From the NCBI GenBank assembly GCA_964188305.1, contig OZ076892.1: a stretch of DNA of 64,000 nucleotides. One strand, 5' to 3'. The position numbers were made by a program, and so were the translations under genes. The notes below the pieces were generated by a model that made no database searches, was not told the DNA's origin, and was given only the letters and a program-made list of their open reading frames with translations. This stretch comes from Podarcis bocagei (Eukaryota). Positions 13,570-26,960 of the stretch are shown in pieces. Positions within the stretch are counted from its first letter, which is position 1. Each line of letters begins with the position of its first letter.

Positions 13570-13731
13570 TCTTAAAAACACCATGCAAATCTCTCTTGAA
13601 TGAGGGGCCATGACTTTCAGAAGGTGGAGAAAGGTCAAGTGCCTTGTTTTTAATCATTTTGATTTGCTTGAAGGTAAAAAAAAATGCAACAATAAGTGCT
13701 CCTTTAGTTTACTTTTACCATTGGTGTAGCC

Positions 13732-14011
13732 CAGGGGTCTGCAACCCACGGCTCCGGAGCCGCATGTGGCTCTTTTACACCTTTGCCACGGCTCCGGGGC
13801 GGATACTAGCGAGGGGAGGAGGCACATTGTGCGCCCCGACACTCCCCACTGTGGCGGGCGCTGTACTGGCTGTGACGTCGCATGGGGGCGGTGCGTGCGT
13901 TAGTCACGCACCGTCCCGACGTCACCTTCCCGGTTTTGCGGCTCCCAGGTTTTCCCCCCTTCAGAAACGGGTCCAAGTGGCTCTTTTTGTCTTAAAGGTT
14001 GCAGACCCCTG
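13732..14011. mobile_element. Young non-autonomous hAT element, CpG-rich
   Basis: Perfect 15-bp TIR CAGGGGTCTGCAACC; perfect TSD GTGTAGCC. Confidence 0.93.
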
Positions 14012-14794
14012 GTGTAGCCTAAGTCGGTATCAAATATTTTTTTAAAATTTTCACAAGGAATGCACTTTTAAACTAGAAATACTAGCTCCTGTCATATTAG
14101 GAGCAAGTAGTTGCTCAGAAACTTGAGTATAAAAACACATCTTAGGTCATTTTGACTATATTTGTCCATAATAGCAAAGGGTTCATTTGTCTTCTGTAGC
14201 TTCTTTTTATAAAGCCTTGATTTTATACTTTCTCTTTTGACATGGTTAATGTGACATGAGGCTTAATTTGCATGATAATGTGCATTATACCTCAGAGTAC
14301 AATATAATTCTGACAAAGTTTCAAATTCACATAGTTTAAAAACTGGCAAGATTCTACATATCAATGGAAAGAGGAGGAGATAAATCACATTTTTTTAAGA
14401 TAGTGATTTATGTTGTGTGTGTATTTGGCAAAAAGCGGACTAGAAGGGATTCTTATCTGTCTTCTAAAGGCAGGTTATGTTGTTTGACATTGTGCTGCTT
14501 GATCAATAGTTTTAGACACACACTGGCACACATATGGCTCCAGAGAGGCATAGCAGAGTTCATTGTCCAGTTAGCTTTATGAGACTTTGGTGGCTGCTTT
14601 AGGGATGGTTTCCTCATCTGCCTGAATTGCTGTGCAATTTAGGCTTAGCAATGTTCTTCACAATACACTGCACAAGGACCCTTGCTACATACATTATACC
14701 TGCTTTCTTCTTTGCACTAAATCCAGTAAAAGTAAATAGGTTGTTTGCCAGTGCCTACCTCTTTTTATCCTGTTAAAACTCTCTTCTCTTCTTC

Positions 14795-14931
14795 TCATAG
14801 AATTTCAGAATTGTAGAGTTGGAAGGGACCGCAAGGGTCATCTGGTCCAACCTGCTGCAATGCTGGAATCTTTTGCCTAACGTGGGGCTCAAACCCATGA
14901 CCCTGAGATCAAGAGTCTCATGCTTTACTGA
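14795..14931 (-). mobile_element. tRNA-derived SINE with CR1-type tail, same family as 11867-12010
   Basis: Clear sequence similarity to the 11867 copy. Confidence 0.75.
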
Positions 14932-17900
14932 GGTTTTTTCTTGACTGATCAGTTATATTTGCTCTTGAACAAAACACATTTGTTTTAGTAGGTTAGATTT
15001 GGGGTGAGTTTGTTAGCTGTCAGTCTATGTTTCCACTGAGCAGTAGTTGTAGGGTTTTGCTTATGCTTATGGTAAGAACACTTGTGAGATTATCACTTGC
15101 CTCTTACCAGCTTCATAGACTGATGACTAGTGTGAAAAATTTACCCAACTAATTATCGCATATTGTAAAGATTGGACCAGAAAGGACAGTCATTTCCTTT
15201 CTGGAGAAATGTTAAGTTTATTGACAATGCAGCATTTCCTTGTGTCTGGAGAGGAATACCGGGCAGGGACAAATAGGTATGAGGGCTCTGAATTCATGCT
15301 TGCTGGTTGATTGCATCTGATTGTCGCTCTTGAGTGGCAGACCACCTAGTCTGAATTGGTGAACATGAATCACCCAACAAAAGTTCCAGGTAAGAAATAA
15401 CCACTTGTGCATCTGTAAATATGAGTGTCAAATTATGGATTTCCCGTCTGTCAAAGCAGACTGAATCCTGTTTTTAATTGTGTTAAATAATACTTGTTTT
15501 GGCATGTGAATGTAATGGGGAATTTAAAATTGTTTGGGGGTTTAATGTAAGTAACCAACCTACTTTGAATCTGCCTTGAACTTTTAAAGTAAATTGGATT
15601 GCTTTTATGATATTTGCTGGGATGCTAGCTGTTTTCTCTATTAATACACTTAACTTGCATTCTAGCTCCGCCATTCAGAGACAGGCATCGTGTGGTGGGT
15701 TGTGTGACAGTGTCTGTCAATAGTGAAGACAAATAGTACCAGAGACACTTAACCCATCCAGTCTCACCCAGGGTATAGGTCGGTCTTGTTTTCAGACTTC
15801 TTCATAAGTCTTTCCTTTCTTTTTCTTTTTGTTTTGTTATAAATAGTGGATTGACTGAAGTTAAACTCTTAATAAAGTTTTTGATTTTACATCAATAAAT
15901 GAAGCTGAAGAAAAGTAAGCAGCCAAAGTTGACACAGAAGGTGTCGGAAGCAGGTTTGCAGCCACTTTGTCCCGGTTCATACTTCTGCCTTTGACAACAC
16001 AAGGGCTCGTGTCCTTCTGTCTTTACTCCAAAACTGTCGCTCTGAATTCACTGGTCCTGCAAAATTAACCCACAGAAAGATTTGAGCAATATTGGAAGTG
16101 GAGACTGCCAAGAATAGAGAATGCAAGGTTCATAAATGACACTTGTGTAGGGATAGGCTCTGGGGATTGAGTCTATCAAAATGCCAAGGGTTCACCCTGT
16201 GTTGTTGAATGCTTATTGTTTTCATTCTGTTTTCTGAACAGCAAATAGCATGGCAAGTGTGCCAATTTCTGGAAAGCTGTGAGTTCTTCCACCAGCTGCT
16301 TGTGCATAATAGTGGTTCATATACAGGTGGCATCCCAAGCCTTAGCTTTTGATCTCTCATGTTCTCCACTTTGGAAGGTGACTTTGCCTTGCAGGGTAGC
16401 TTGCCTGTTAGTTTTCTCATCACTTGAACTGATGTTTGGTCTTCTTGAAAAGCCTTGTAGCCCTGAAGGGCTTATGTTAAGAGAAATACCTTAGGTCAAG
16501 AAATGGCTTCCTTTAAGCTCTGCCTAAAGATAGCAAATCTCTCTGAAACTAGCAGTGAGCTGATGGAGGACAGAGAATTTTAAAAGGGCTTAAAATCTTA
16601 GAGTCTTAGTCTCCCAAGGTTGTATAAAGCTATTGTAGCTTTAGCTAGTAACCCAAGCTGCCCATAACCTCTTTGATTCTCATCTCCTAAATCTTATTCT
16701 GAGGAGAGGAGAGGCTTTAAAAAACTGCCTCACTGCCATAAAAACAAAATGCTTATTTAGGTTAAAAGCTACTAGTACCTGGAAAGCAAAGGGTCTTTGC
16801 AAACTGACATGAGCTGTCACTTGTAGCACAGAGCAGGGGTGGCCATTACTTTGCAATGCACTGCACAGGCTTGCTTTGAGTCCTTTTGTTTCTAAGACAG
16901 AACTGAAGCAGATGCCAATAAGGGTGCAGGAGCTTGTTGATCTTTCTTGAACTACATATTTTATTTCATCTTTGACTATTGATGGTATTGGAGCTCAAAG
17001 GGCTTTTAACTTCCAGTGTGATCTCTCCTGTTTGGATCTTGGATGAGCTAATTATAAAATGACTTGCACAGATAACTGTGTATTGTAGTTTTTGTTGCCA
17101 TGCCTCTGGAGACTGTCATAAAACATTCTTGGCATGTGATTGTAATTCTAAAATGGCTTTAAAATGTAACTGAAACTGAACCTTGTTAGACTGTAATCTT
17201 GTATTTAACAAAATGCAGTAAAAATATCCAACCCTCCCCAAACATTGAGTTTGTGCTTATTGAGCTGTGTCTCTTGGGTCCTAGTGAGTAAATTCTATTC
17301 AAGAAGTAAGAGGAAAATGCTTAAAGTGGGAGGACTGTGTTTCTGGGTTAAGGTTGCAAAGTGGGAATATGAGGGGTTACTTTCTGGTGACCACCTTCCT
17401 AGAGAAAGCCAATCTCCTTATGTCTTGGACTTGGCTAACTCCTAATGGCTGGCACTCTTATTGCCATGATTTGGGCTCAGTTGAAAGGACATTTTGTTAA
17501 TAATAAAAAGGGTTTGAGACTGCTTTAGTATGGAGTGATCAGTCAAGGGATTGCCATTACTTTTTCAGATTGAATTTAACACTGCATCCAAATTATGTAT
17601 ACACTACCTGAAAAAATAGCATTTATCTCACTGATGTGTAATGCATCAATCATTTCCTGAGCCTTTTCAGCTACAAAAGTAAAGAGGTCTGCCTGCCTAA
17701 CTTCAAATGCAATAGTAGGATGTTGGGCCTGGGTTATATTATTAATATTGGTATAAGGACATATAATTAGTTCTTTTTCATTGGTGTGACTAAACTTGCC
17801 TATTTTTAAAGCTTTAAAGCTTCAAGTTTATAACTTGGCACAGCTGTGATTAAGTAAACCAAACAATTATTTGGTTGCAGTCCACACGACTGATTCACAG

Positions 17901-19780
17901 GGGTAGCAAAAAAATAGGGTCCTGGTAGTCTGTGTTTTTCAAATTATCTGCAAAACTATACTAATTGGAGAATTTCCTTTTAAGGAAGTTACTATTTATT
18001 TAACACAGGTTTCAAGCTTTAACTTGGTGCTAATATTTTGCTTGATAAAATTAGCATACCTTGGCTTTCTTGGTAGGATTTTATTTTATGTGAATTCCCT
18101 CTTCAGGCTGCTAATCCTGCCTGGCATAACTACCCCAGTGTGGACTGATGTGAAAGTTCCAAACTCTTCCATTTTAGATAGGAACATGGTTACTTTTCTA
18201 TCCACACTATTCACAGATCAGCATAATGGGCTGGTGCCAAACACACAGCTTAAATCAAAGATGAGGCAGCCTCCGTACTAACTCCTGACCCTTGTATGAT
18301 CATCTTTGTTTGGGGAAGAATCCAGAGATGGTCATATTCTGCATGGAGTTTCCTTCCGGGGTGGGGTGCTACTAGAGAGGGGGAAAGGATTGTCTGCAGC
18401 AATGCAAGTTTAGAGCATTCTTCCTGCATGTTTTACAGTGCATGCAGTATGCTAGCCGCATTTTTGCATTTCTAGGTGGGTGACTATTTAAAAGCAAATG
18501 GAAGTTAGTGCTATTTTAACAAAAGCTAGGTAAAAAAATAATGTCCCATAGCAAACTTTTCAACTCAAAGTGGCTGCAAATCAGCAATTATATATAGTCA
18601 CTGAAATTAGCAAACTTTACATCTTTCTAAGGAAAGCATTGCATTAATGCATGATACAAAAAGGACTTGGAAAATGTTTTGGTTTTTTTTTTAAATTAAA
18701 ATGCAGTTCTGAGTGACTGAAACTTCCAATTTCAGCCACTGCATTTGCCAAGGAACAAGCTGGAAAATGGAACTGGTATCTGTCAGTGGCTCCAGATTAT
18801 TCCAGAGACTGGCTAGAGATGGGATGGGGGTAGTTCTAAGGGAAGAGTGCACTGTTACCTGACTGATAGGTTCACATTTGAAACCTTCATAACTAAAACT
18901 AAACAGATTGATCTGTTTTGCTTTTAGTCTATATTTCTTGGGCTTCTTAATGCAATACTAACATTTTCACTAGGTCAGTATGTCAGTTTATGTTTTTTCT
19001 GTACCTTAAGTATATTATTGCATATTGAATGCATTTAAAAGAAAAGGAACCTGCAACAATCTTAATTCCTTTTTCTGACCCTTTCAGTTTATACACAGAA
19101 ATTCTGTTCATTGAGTCATCAGAAGCCACCTTCCTTTTTATAGTTAACATAAGTTTTACCAATCTTGTTTGCTCCCTTCAGCAGGTAGTGCTATCAACTT
19201 AATACAGCTATTTTTTAAGCTAATTATTCTGGAATAGGGAGATGTCTTAAGCTGGTGGGTAATTTTTTTATTTAGTAGCATTCTCAGATATATGCAGAGA
19301 GTTGCAGCCCACAATCTCCTTAGCTCAGAGCAATCACTTTGACTTCAGGACACTGTTGAGGAGTGAAGGCTTTTGGGTAGTTAAATATATTTTATCTATG
19401 CATTCTTCTTGCCTAACCTGCTTTTAAGAAGCCCTAGTCGCAAACAGATATCTAATTCTTAGGCCAGCACCTACCCTGGTAGTTATTTAGCCATCAACCC
19501 TAATAATGTTCCTTTTGCTGAGACATGGGCTGCTACTTATGCCATCAGTAATGCTGGGTGGCTTTAATTCGTTTTATATTTTTATGGACTTGAAGTAACA
19601 CATAAGGAGGTGACTTGATCATGCCTCTTCCATTTTCTTACCAGCATGCTCTGATTTCAAATCTCAGCTGAATATTTTTTTTTAAGCCATAAATGATGAT
19701 TGGTACCAGTTCCATTTTGTTGCGGTTAAGTTATTTTTGTCTTTCATTTCTCATTTAATAGTTAATATCTGGAATAATGA

Positions 19781-19912
19781 NNNNNNNNNNNNNNNNNNNN
19801 NNNNNNNNNNNNNNNNNNNNNNNNNNNNNNNNNNNNNNNNNNNNNNNNNNNNNNNNNNNNNNNNNNNNNNNNNNNNNNNNNNNNNNNNNNNNNNNNNNNN
19901 NNNNNNNNNNNN
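19781..19912. other. Assembly gap (132 N)
   Basis: Run of N bases. Confidence 1.
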
Positions 19913-20351
19913 TAAGCACAGTCCCACCTTTTTCAAAAATTTCAGATGCTGGTTGATTGGCATGAAATGTGGCCTAAAAGCACTGACACATGTCTTGCAT
20001 TGGGGTTCCTATCATTTTAGATAAAATGGCTTAAACTCAAAGTCTAGCTGAGGCAATAAAAGCGCCCTTGTTTGCTTACAGCCTTTTTATGACTTAAAGA
20101 AAATTTAAAGAAAAAAGTCTGATTGCCACATGCACAAAAATGGAAGTATCATTTGGACACTTTTCAGAATACTTCTGTGTTGCTTAAGCCTTATATCACT
20201 TGAAGTGTTTAAATTCAAAAACAAGCCAAATTCCAAAACATTCATTTGGGGGAAAAATCAGTTCACTAATCACATTACTTCAAAGGGACTGCTATAGCCA
20301 GCACAGTTGGGATCATGTACCCTGTATTTACTTCTGAATTGTACACCGCAG

Positions 20352-20916
20352 ATGCTTCTTCAGCTCCCTCCTCTTCCTCCATGGGCGGTGCTTGCAGCTC
20401 CTTTACCACCTCTTCCAGTCCCACCATTTACTCTACCTCAGTCACTGACAGCAAAGCTATGCAAGTGGAGAGCTGCTCCTCAGCCATGGGGGTAAGTAAC
20501 CGAGGGGTAAGTGACAAGCAGTTAACCAATAACACAGCCCAGCAGCAGCAGCAACAGTCCACACCGAAGAGGCACACAGTCCTGTACATCACACCACCAC
20601 CGGAGGACTTGCTGGACAACAGCCGGATGTCCTGCCAGGATGAGGGGTGCGGATTGGAATCTGAGCAGAGCTGCAGTATGTGGATGGAGGATTCCCCCTC
20701 CAACTTCAGTAACATGAGCACCAGTTCCTACAATGATAACACTGAGGTGCCACGTAAATCACGTAAACGAAATCCAAAGCAGAGACCGGGGATCAAACGG
20801 CGAGATTGTGAAGAGTCAACCATGGATATCTTTGATGCTGACAGTGCCAAAGCGCCTCATTATGTCCTTTCTCAGCTCAGCACGGACAGCAAAAGCAACT
20901 CGAAAGCAGGAAATGG
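20352..20916 (+). CDS. NFAT5: NFAT5 coding exon: MGGACSS internal start, auxiliary export region, NLS ([18 protein letters not shown])
   Basis: ccgcag acceptor, AATGG|gttggt donor. Lies within ORF 20315..20968. Confidence 0.95.
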
Positions 20917-21472
20917 GTTGGTATCTGCCTTTAAGTTCTATCAACATATGTTTAAAAAAACAAGCTAAAAGCATTACCTTAACTTTTCCCTAGTGTTCAG
21001 CTCAGGTTCACACTGAGAAATACAGGAGAGGTGATAATCTGGAACTAAGTTCAATGGTTTCTTATGCTAAAATGCAAGGTTTACATATGAATATATATTC
21101 TAGTCTGATTTAGCAACTATTGAACTAATCTGTCCTGGAATTGTTGTCTAGCTCTTCCCTGTGGAAACTGATTAGTGAATAGGAAGCTTTTCAATAAAAG
21201 CATGTTAAAAATGTAATCCCTGAAGCTGAGATCGGCTCCTCCATGTCTTCCTCAACAGTACCATACAAAGCTATTTATAAGGGATCTGCACTTCGCCTAC
21301 TTCTGTTTCACTCTCTGCATCAATTAAAGACAGCTGATTTTGATCTTATTATATTAACACTTACTAAAATGTTAAAATATGCTGAACCAAATTTGTGTTC
21401 CATGTCACTTCAGTTATGTATTTGATTTTTCAGAAATAAATCTCTAATCCTGTTTTGCTGTGTGCTTCTCGG

Positions 21473-21474
<2 letters not shown>

Positions 21475-21514
<40 letters not shown>
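21475..21514. repeat. (GT)n microsatellite
   Basis: Read directly. Confidence 0.95.
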
Positions 21515-21515
<1 letters not shown>

Positions 21516-21774
21516 GCTGTTGTTGTCTGTAGTCATGCCTGGGTGGTGGTTTCTCATCTTTTCCACTTCACACTTTTCACTTAACTGCATCTCAATTTAG
21601 AAATAGTGGCTTGGATCCAAAGGTCCTGCTGCATGAGCAGAATACAATTCCACTCATAAGGTTGTATGTGTCACTGTTTCTCTCCATCTGCAACCTCAGT
21701 GTCAGTTTAAAACAGGCTACAGAAGGATAGGGTACCTTCAGAGTAGAGAGGTGAGTGCAGTTGCCTGAAGAATC

Positions 21775-21778
<4 letters not shown>

Positions 21779-21850
<72 letters not shown>
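21779..21850. repeat. Compound (TC)n(AC)n microsatellite
   Basis: Read directly. Confidence 0.95.
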
Positions 21851-21853
<3 letters not shown>

Positions 21854-22787
21854 TCATACAGGGGAATATTGGGATCCAAGTGATTGCCCACTGGTTTCCA
21901 GTAATGTTTATTTTTGTAGCTCATAATAAAACAGTGGGCTTATTTTATTTTCTCTATGTGTTTGTGGTATGTTCACAAAGCTATCCTTAGGTTGGTGAAT
22001 ATTGTGCAGATAGGAAACACCTTCCCATCTGTAGGAAAATCACCTTCAATTTGTGTACACTTTGTTGTTCCAGCTCCATACTTAAAATATAACTTTGTAA
22101 AGGTAGATTATAATAAACTCTACAGAGTATATTTTATGTTGCCACTGCAGCATTGTTATAATTTGGTATCCTTTGCAACAAAGCAGAGAGTTTTTCTCGG
22201 ACAAAGGTGATTAAAAACTCAGAGGACAGACATAAAGTAAAATGTTTTATGCTTGTCTTGCAAATTTCAAAATTGGCAAGCATTGCCAGAATTTATTCAA
22301 ACTAAAATAGATACAGGGAAGGTTTTCTTAAAGTGGTGAGTTCTTCAAATAAGTAAGTTCGGTTTCTTGAGATTAAAAGTGTAATCCTATGTGTGTCTAC
22401 TTGGAAGTAAGCCCTATTGCGTTTGTTTTTGGCTTACTGATTGTGGCTTGCTGGAGTGAAACAAACCATGCTCCCTGCTTTGGAAGCAGTGCAAAGTGAG
22501 GAGGAATTGGTGTTTGTTTCCTTGGCCCATAAGCAGAGAGAAGCGAAACAGGCCTTTTTAGGTGTGATCATATTCAACCATTAACCATGGTTTACTCTGT
22601 TGCACAAGCAGGGCTGGTGACTTGCTCAAGGACTACTCATTGAGCTTCATGGCTAAGCAGAGGTTTGAACCTCAATATAGTTTTCTTTCAACAAGGTGGT
22701 ACATGGAAGAGTAGTGCAGCTACCCAGTAGCATTTATAGTAGTAATGATAATATAACAGAAATTATTGTTGTTAATTTATTATTATT

Positions 22788-23168
22788 CAAGACACATCCT
22801 GAAGGTCCCAGGCCTAAGAGAGGTTAGGCTGGCCTCAACTAGAGCCAGGGCTTTCTCGGCTGCGGCTCCAATCTGGTGGAACGCTCTGTCACAAGAGACT
22901 AGGGCCCTGCGGGACCTGACATCTTTCCGCAGGGCCTGCAAGACAGAGTTGTTCCACCAGGCCTTTAGTCAGGGCGCAGCCTGACTCCCTCCTCTGGCAA
23001 CCTGCACAGAATTTGCTTAACGGTTGCCATTAATTTGATTTTAATTAATTTTTATAATGAAATGTTTTTAGAATGTTTGATTATTTGATTATTTGATTGT
23101 TTGATTATTTGATTGTTGTTAGCCGCCCTGAGCCCGGCTTCGGCTGGGGAGGGCGGGATATAAATAAA

Positions 23169-23211
<43 letters not shown>
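22788..23211 (+). mobile_element. L2-type LINE 3' fragment (different subfamily) with (ATT)n tail
   Basis: Encodes RARAFSAAAPIWWNAL...FRRACKTELF; 3' stem-loop then ATAAATAAA and (ATT)n. Confidence 0.85.
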
Positions 23212-23212
<1 letters not shown>

Positions 23213-23766
23213 CTGGAGTCATCCTGAATAGCTCAGTGCAAATGTTGCCATCACAAAAGGCAAAGTACTATAATGAAAACAACTGTGTTTGACTACTAGA
23301 GGCATGGTTCTGGTTTTCATAAAACACCTGTCTAACCTACTGGACTTTATATTAACCAGTAGCACCTAAGTAAAGTGTGTATTCACATTTTAGATCCCTG
23401 GACATTGATGAGAAACGGGAAGAGAAGGAGTATTTAGCAGAGTGACACTGTGATGACCCCTTCAGCATATAGAATTTTGGAGAATTCATAGAAGGATCTT
23501 AAAATGCCACTGTCAGTTTCTCAAGGATGAGAAGGAGAAGTTCTAGTTGTGCAGTTGATTTATGAATACTGCTTATGAACGAGCAGATTTAGGTAGAAAT
23601 TGTGAACACAGATTCTTGTTTACTGTGTTATAGGCCTGCCGTCATGTACTTGAAACTCTCATGAGATTTAAAATATTTATTTTATCCAGACCTGTCCTCA
23701 AATGCAAAAACCGATTAAACATCTTTTTAAAAATAGGTTTTCGTACAGCTGCTACTTTTGCTAGAC

Positions 23767-23932
23767 CAGGGGTAGTCAACCTTTTTATACCTACCACTCA
23801 CTAATGCATCTTTCTTGATGGTAAAATTTCCTTACTGCCCACCAGTGCTCGATGGAAGGAGGATTCAGCGTGTGCCGTAGAACCCCCTACCGCTCACCTA
23901 GTGGGCGGTAGGGACCAGGTTGACAACCCCTT
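23767..23932. mobile_element. Non-autonomous hAT element
   Basis: TIR CAGGGGTAGTCAACC / AAGGGGTTGTCAACC; TSD TGCTAGAC / AGCTAGAC (7 of 8 match). Confidence 0.85.
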
Positions 23933-25442
23933 AGCTAGACCATAGCTAAACATAGAATATATCTTACCTGCCAAGTGCCACTGAGTTTTTTCATGCTTAG
24001 ATTCTATTTCATTTGTACATAAAGTTTGTTACGTAGCAGTCTTCCACACTATGTGTGAAGCCTGGAGAGAAGTCCTAAAATAGGGTTGCCAGGATACCCC
24101 GAAAGTTGTTGAGTTGTGGGGTTTTTTTGGACAAACCCCAAAGTTGTTGAGCTTTTCTTTTTCACGAAAACACAAAAGAACCCATGATTTTTTGATTGAA
24201 GTAGAACACTTATCAGCATTAAACACATTTTTTTTCAGGGCCTTTTGGTAGCAGGAGCACAGTGGTGGATACAGGTTTTATGGCATTCCAGACTAGTACA
24301 GCAGACATTTCAAGCAGTGTTTTCTATGAAGCTTTACTAACAAAGCTTAAAGTGCTAAAGTACTAAGTACTAAAAGATCCGTAGTGCTGGAAATAGCCAT
24401 GAAACTCCTGTGTTGATTATGGCTGTTCTTGAATGATTTTCCATACTTTGTGGGCTGAGATACTGAGGTCCTGATGTAGACCTGTTCTACCTTTCACAAT
24501 GCTGTATTGTGAGAATTGGCTTAGGGCTGCCCATGCCCCCTGGTTTGATGTTATAGTGCACATGCTGGTGTTCCAGAAAGAAGACAAGTACTTTTTAGTT
24601 CACAGAGGACAAGCTTAAAATATACGTAGGCACTCAGATCTGCAGAGCACACAATTCATTCCCATTCTCCCTATAAGCCAGTGAGGACTTGTACAAACAG
24701 AAGCCCACATCAGGGATAGGACATGTTGAAACAGCATTCCTAAAAATCTTGAAGCTAGGGATGTCCGAAAGACAGTGCCCTTTGGGGGCCTTCTTCAAAT
24801 TGGTTTCATTTATGGAACTGACCATTCAATGCAGTTTCTAAACAGTGTTGCTGGTTAGAGGCTGAGCCGTGTTGCATGTATTACTTCATTAGAGCAGACT
24901 CAGCAGCTTAAAGAGATGGTTCTAAAAGAAATAAATCAGACTGATCCGTCACTATATAGTGTCTGTAAACTTGAACTGCTGCAAGGTCAGGAGCAAAGCA
25001 AGCCTTTCCTTTTACCACTGAAATATTTCTCTTCACCTTGGATGCTGTTCAAAATGGTTATAATTAGTGACGAAAACATGATGAACAGTTTTAAGATGCC
25101 TGCCATCTCATGCCATCTGACTAGATTTATACAGGTATTTTTGCCTAAATAGCAGTGTGCCTTTTTCTTACATTCTTACATAAAACAAAGATTAAAAGGG
25201 CTTAAGTTTCAGGCTATATGGTTTAGTTACTGAATTTCTGTTGTGAGTACGGTACATGAAACCACACACCCCCTTCTACATTTCTTCCCAGTTTGCAGTC
25301 TTGCGTTGTGATTTTATATTGGTAGATTTAAGTATGGCCCAGATCTGTGTTCTTTTCTCTTCCCCCTCCCCACCCCAGTTGTGCTTGTTTTTTAAAGAAA
25401 GCCTCTGGTAACTGAAATCACTGGTCTGCTTTAACTCTTTAG

Positions 25443-25635
25443 AACATCAGAAACCCCAAAAACAACTGGAGGCAAGAAGAGTCCTATGTTATGTGGTCAG
25501 TACCCTGGTAAAAGTGAAGGCAAGGAGCTGAAGATAATGGTGCAGCCAGAGACACAGCACAGAGCTCGCTACCTAACTGAGGGCAGTCGGGGCTCGGTGA
25601 AAGACAGAACACAACAAGGATTCCCCACCGTAAAG
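25443..25635 (+). CDS. NFAT5: NFAT5 coding exon, start of Rel-homology domain ([37 protein letters not shown])
   Basis: ctttag acceptor, AAG|gtaggc donor, 193 nt. Contains the NFAT-type DNA recognition loop. Confidence 0.97.
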
Positions 25636-26960
25636 GTAGGCCAATTCAATTTTTGGGGTGGGCCAATTCAGGAGTGTGCTGCCATTTATGGTAAGTGAAA
25701 ATCCAGTTCTTCACCTCCAGCCAAACCTGACTCTGGCCAAAAGGCAAACATACTAGGTCCTCCATGGCATCATGGGTTTCCCTTCAGTGACAAACTGTTG
25801 CCAGTGCCACGGTGTGTTTTTCAGTATTGATGTTGTCATTCTAAGTTGTAAATTGCACTAATTTAGAATCTGTGTATATAGTTCCATATTTCTCAGGGAT
25901 GTGGCTTTTGTGTTGTTTGGAGAGTAGAGGTCTGGATGTTTCTTAGTTTAGAACAGAGCAGCCTTTCTTGTTGAGTGGAGGATGTGTAAATATAGACCAA
26001 TAGCTGCTCTCAGCAATTAACGGTTAAATGAATGCACAGAGCACTGTCTGTGGGGCTGTTCATCAGAAACTAGGCAAGCTGTGATGTAGTGCATCAGAAA
26101 AAGGTGTGAGGAAGCCCTCAAAGACTGTGCTAAAACTGAATGGGGCTCTGTACCTACAATGGCTTTCTAACTTTTAGCCTGGAGTATGGACAGACTTTTA
26201 GGACATCAGTGTTTAGCCCCACAGTGCACCAAGGAATTACAAAATGCTACTAATCCAGCTGGTGGGGAAATCATTGCTCTCTGTTTTGCGCATGTTGCCC
26301 TTGAATATTTGTGGGTGTTAAACTCTTAATAGAACAAAAAATATCATGGATTATTTGGGGAGAGATATTTCAATCACTTAACTACATCACTTTCTGAGCA
26401 AATATAAAGTTTGAAAGATGTATCTTAATAGTGTACAGACTGAATTGCTTTTATATGTTTTTGTGCATGTACAGTTTCTGAAGAATTTATAATCTAGAAG
26501 GGTTTAGGACTGTTTTGTGATGGTGTTTCTGTATTTTATAACTACATGTTTAGAAAGTCCATTAATTTCTAATAGGTTTTTGAAAATGCCACTGTTTCTG
26601 AATGGATACATAATTAAATACAATAAACACACTGGAATAAAGATGAAAGGATTTCAGTTTGGGACTAAATTGCAGATTTGCTATTTATAAGCAAGGATTC
26701 TGATTCCTGCTTGATGGGCTCAGGGAAGTATAACTGAGATATTGCATAATTAACTGGAATTAAATTGGTTTAACATAGCCTGCAACAACTGAAGAGTTGA
26801 GCTGTTATTTTGGAAAAGAGAAGACTTTCAGTGCACCACTGGGTTTTAACACTAACTAGTGTTCTGATGTTCAAAATACCTTTACATTGTAATATTTGCA
26901 AATTATTTGCATTGCCTGTTGTAGTGTATTAACGCTTTCCTGCCTGTTTTATGGTTGTAG

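Noticed and set aside
19737-20024. ORFs containing X runs
   Set aside because: They read through the N gap.
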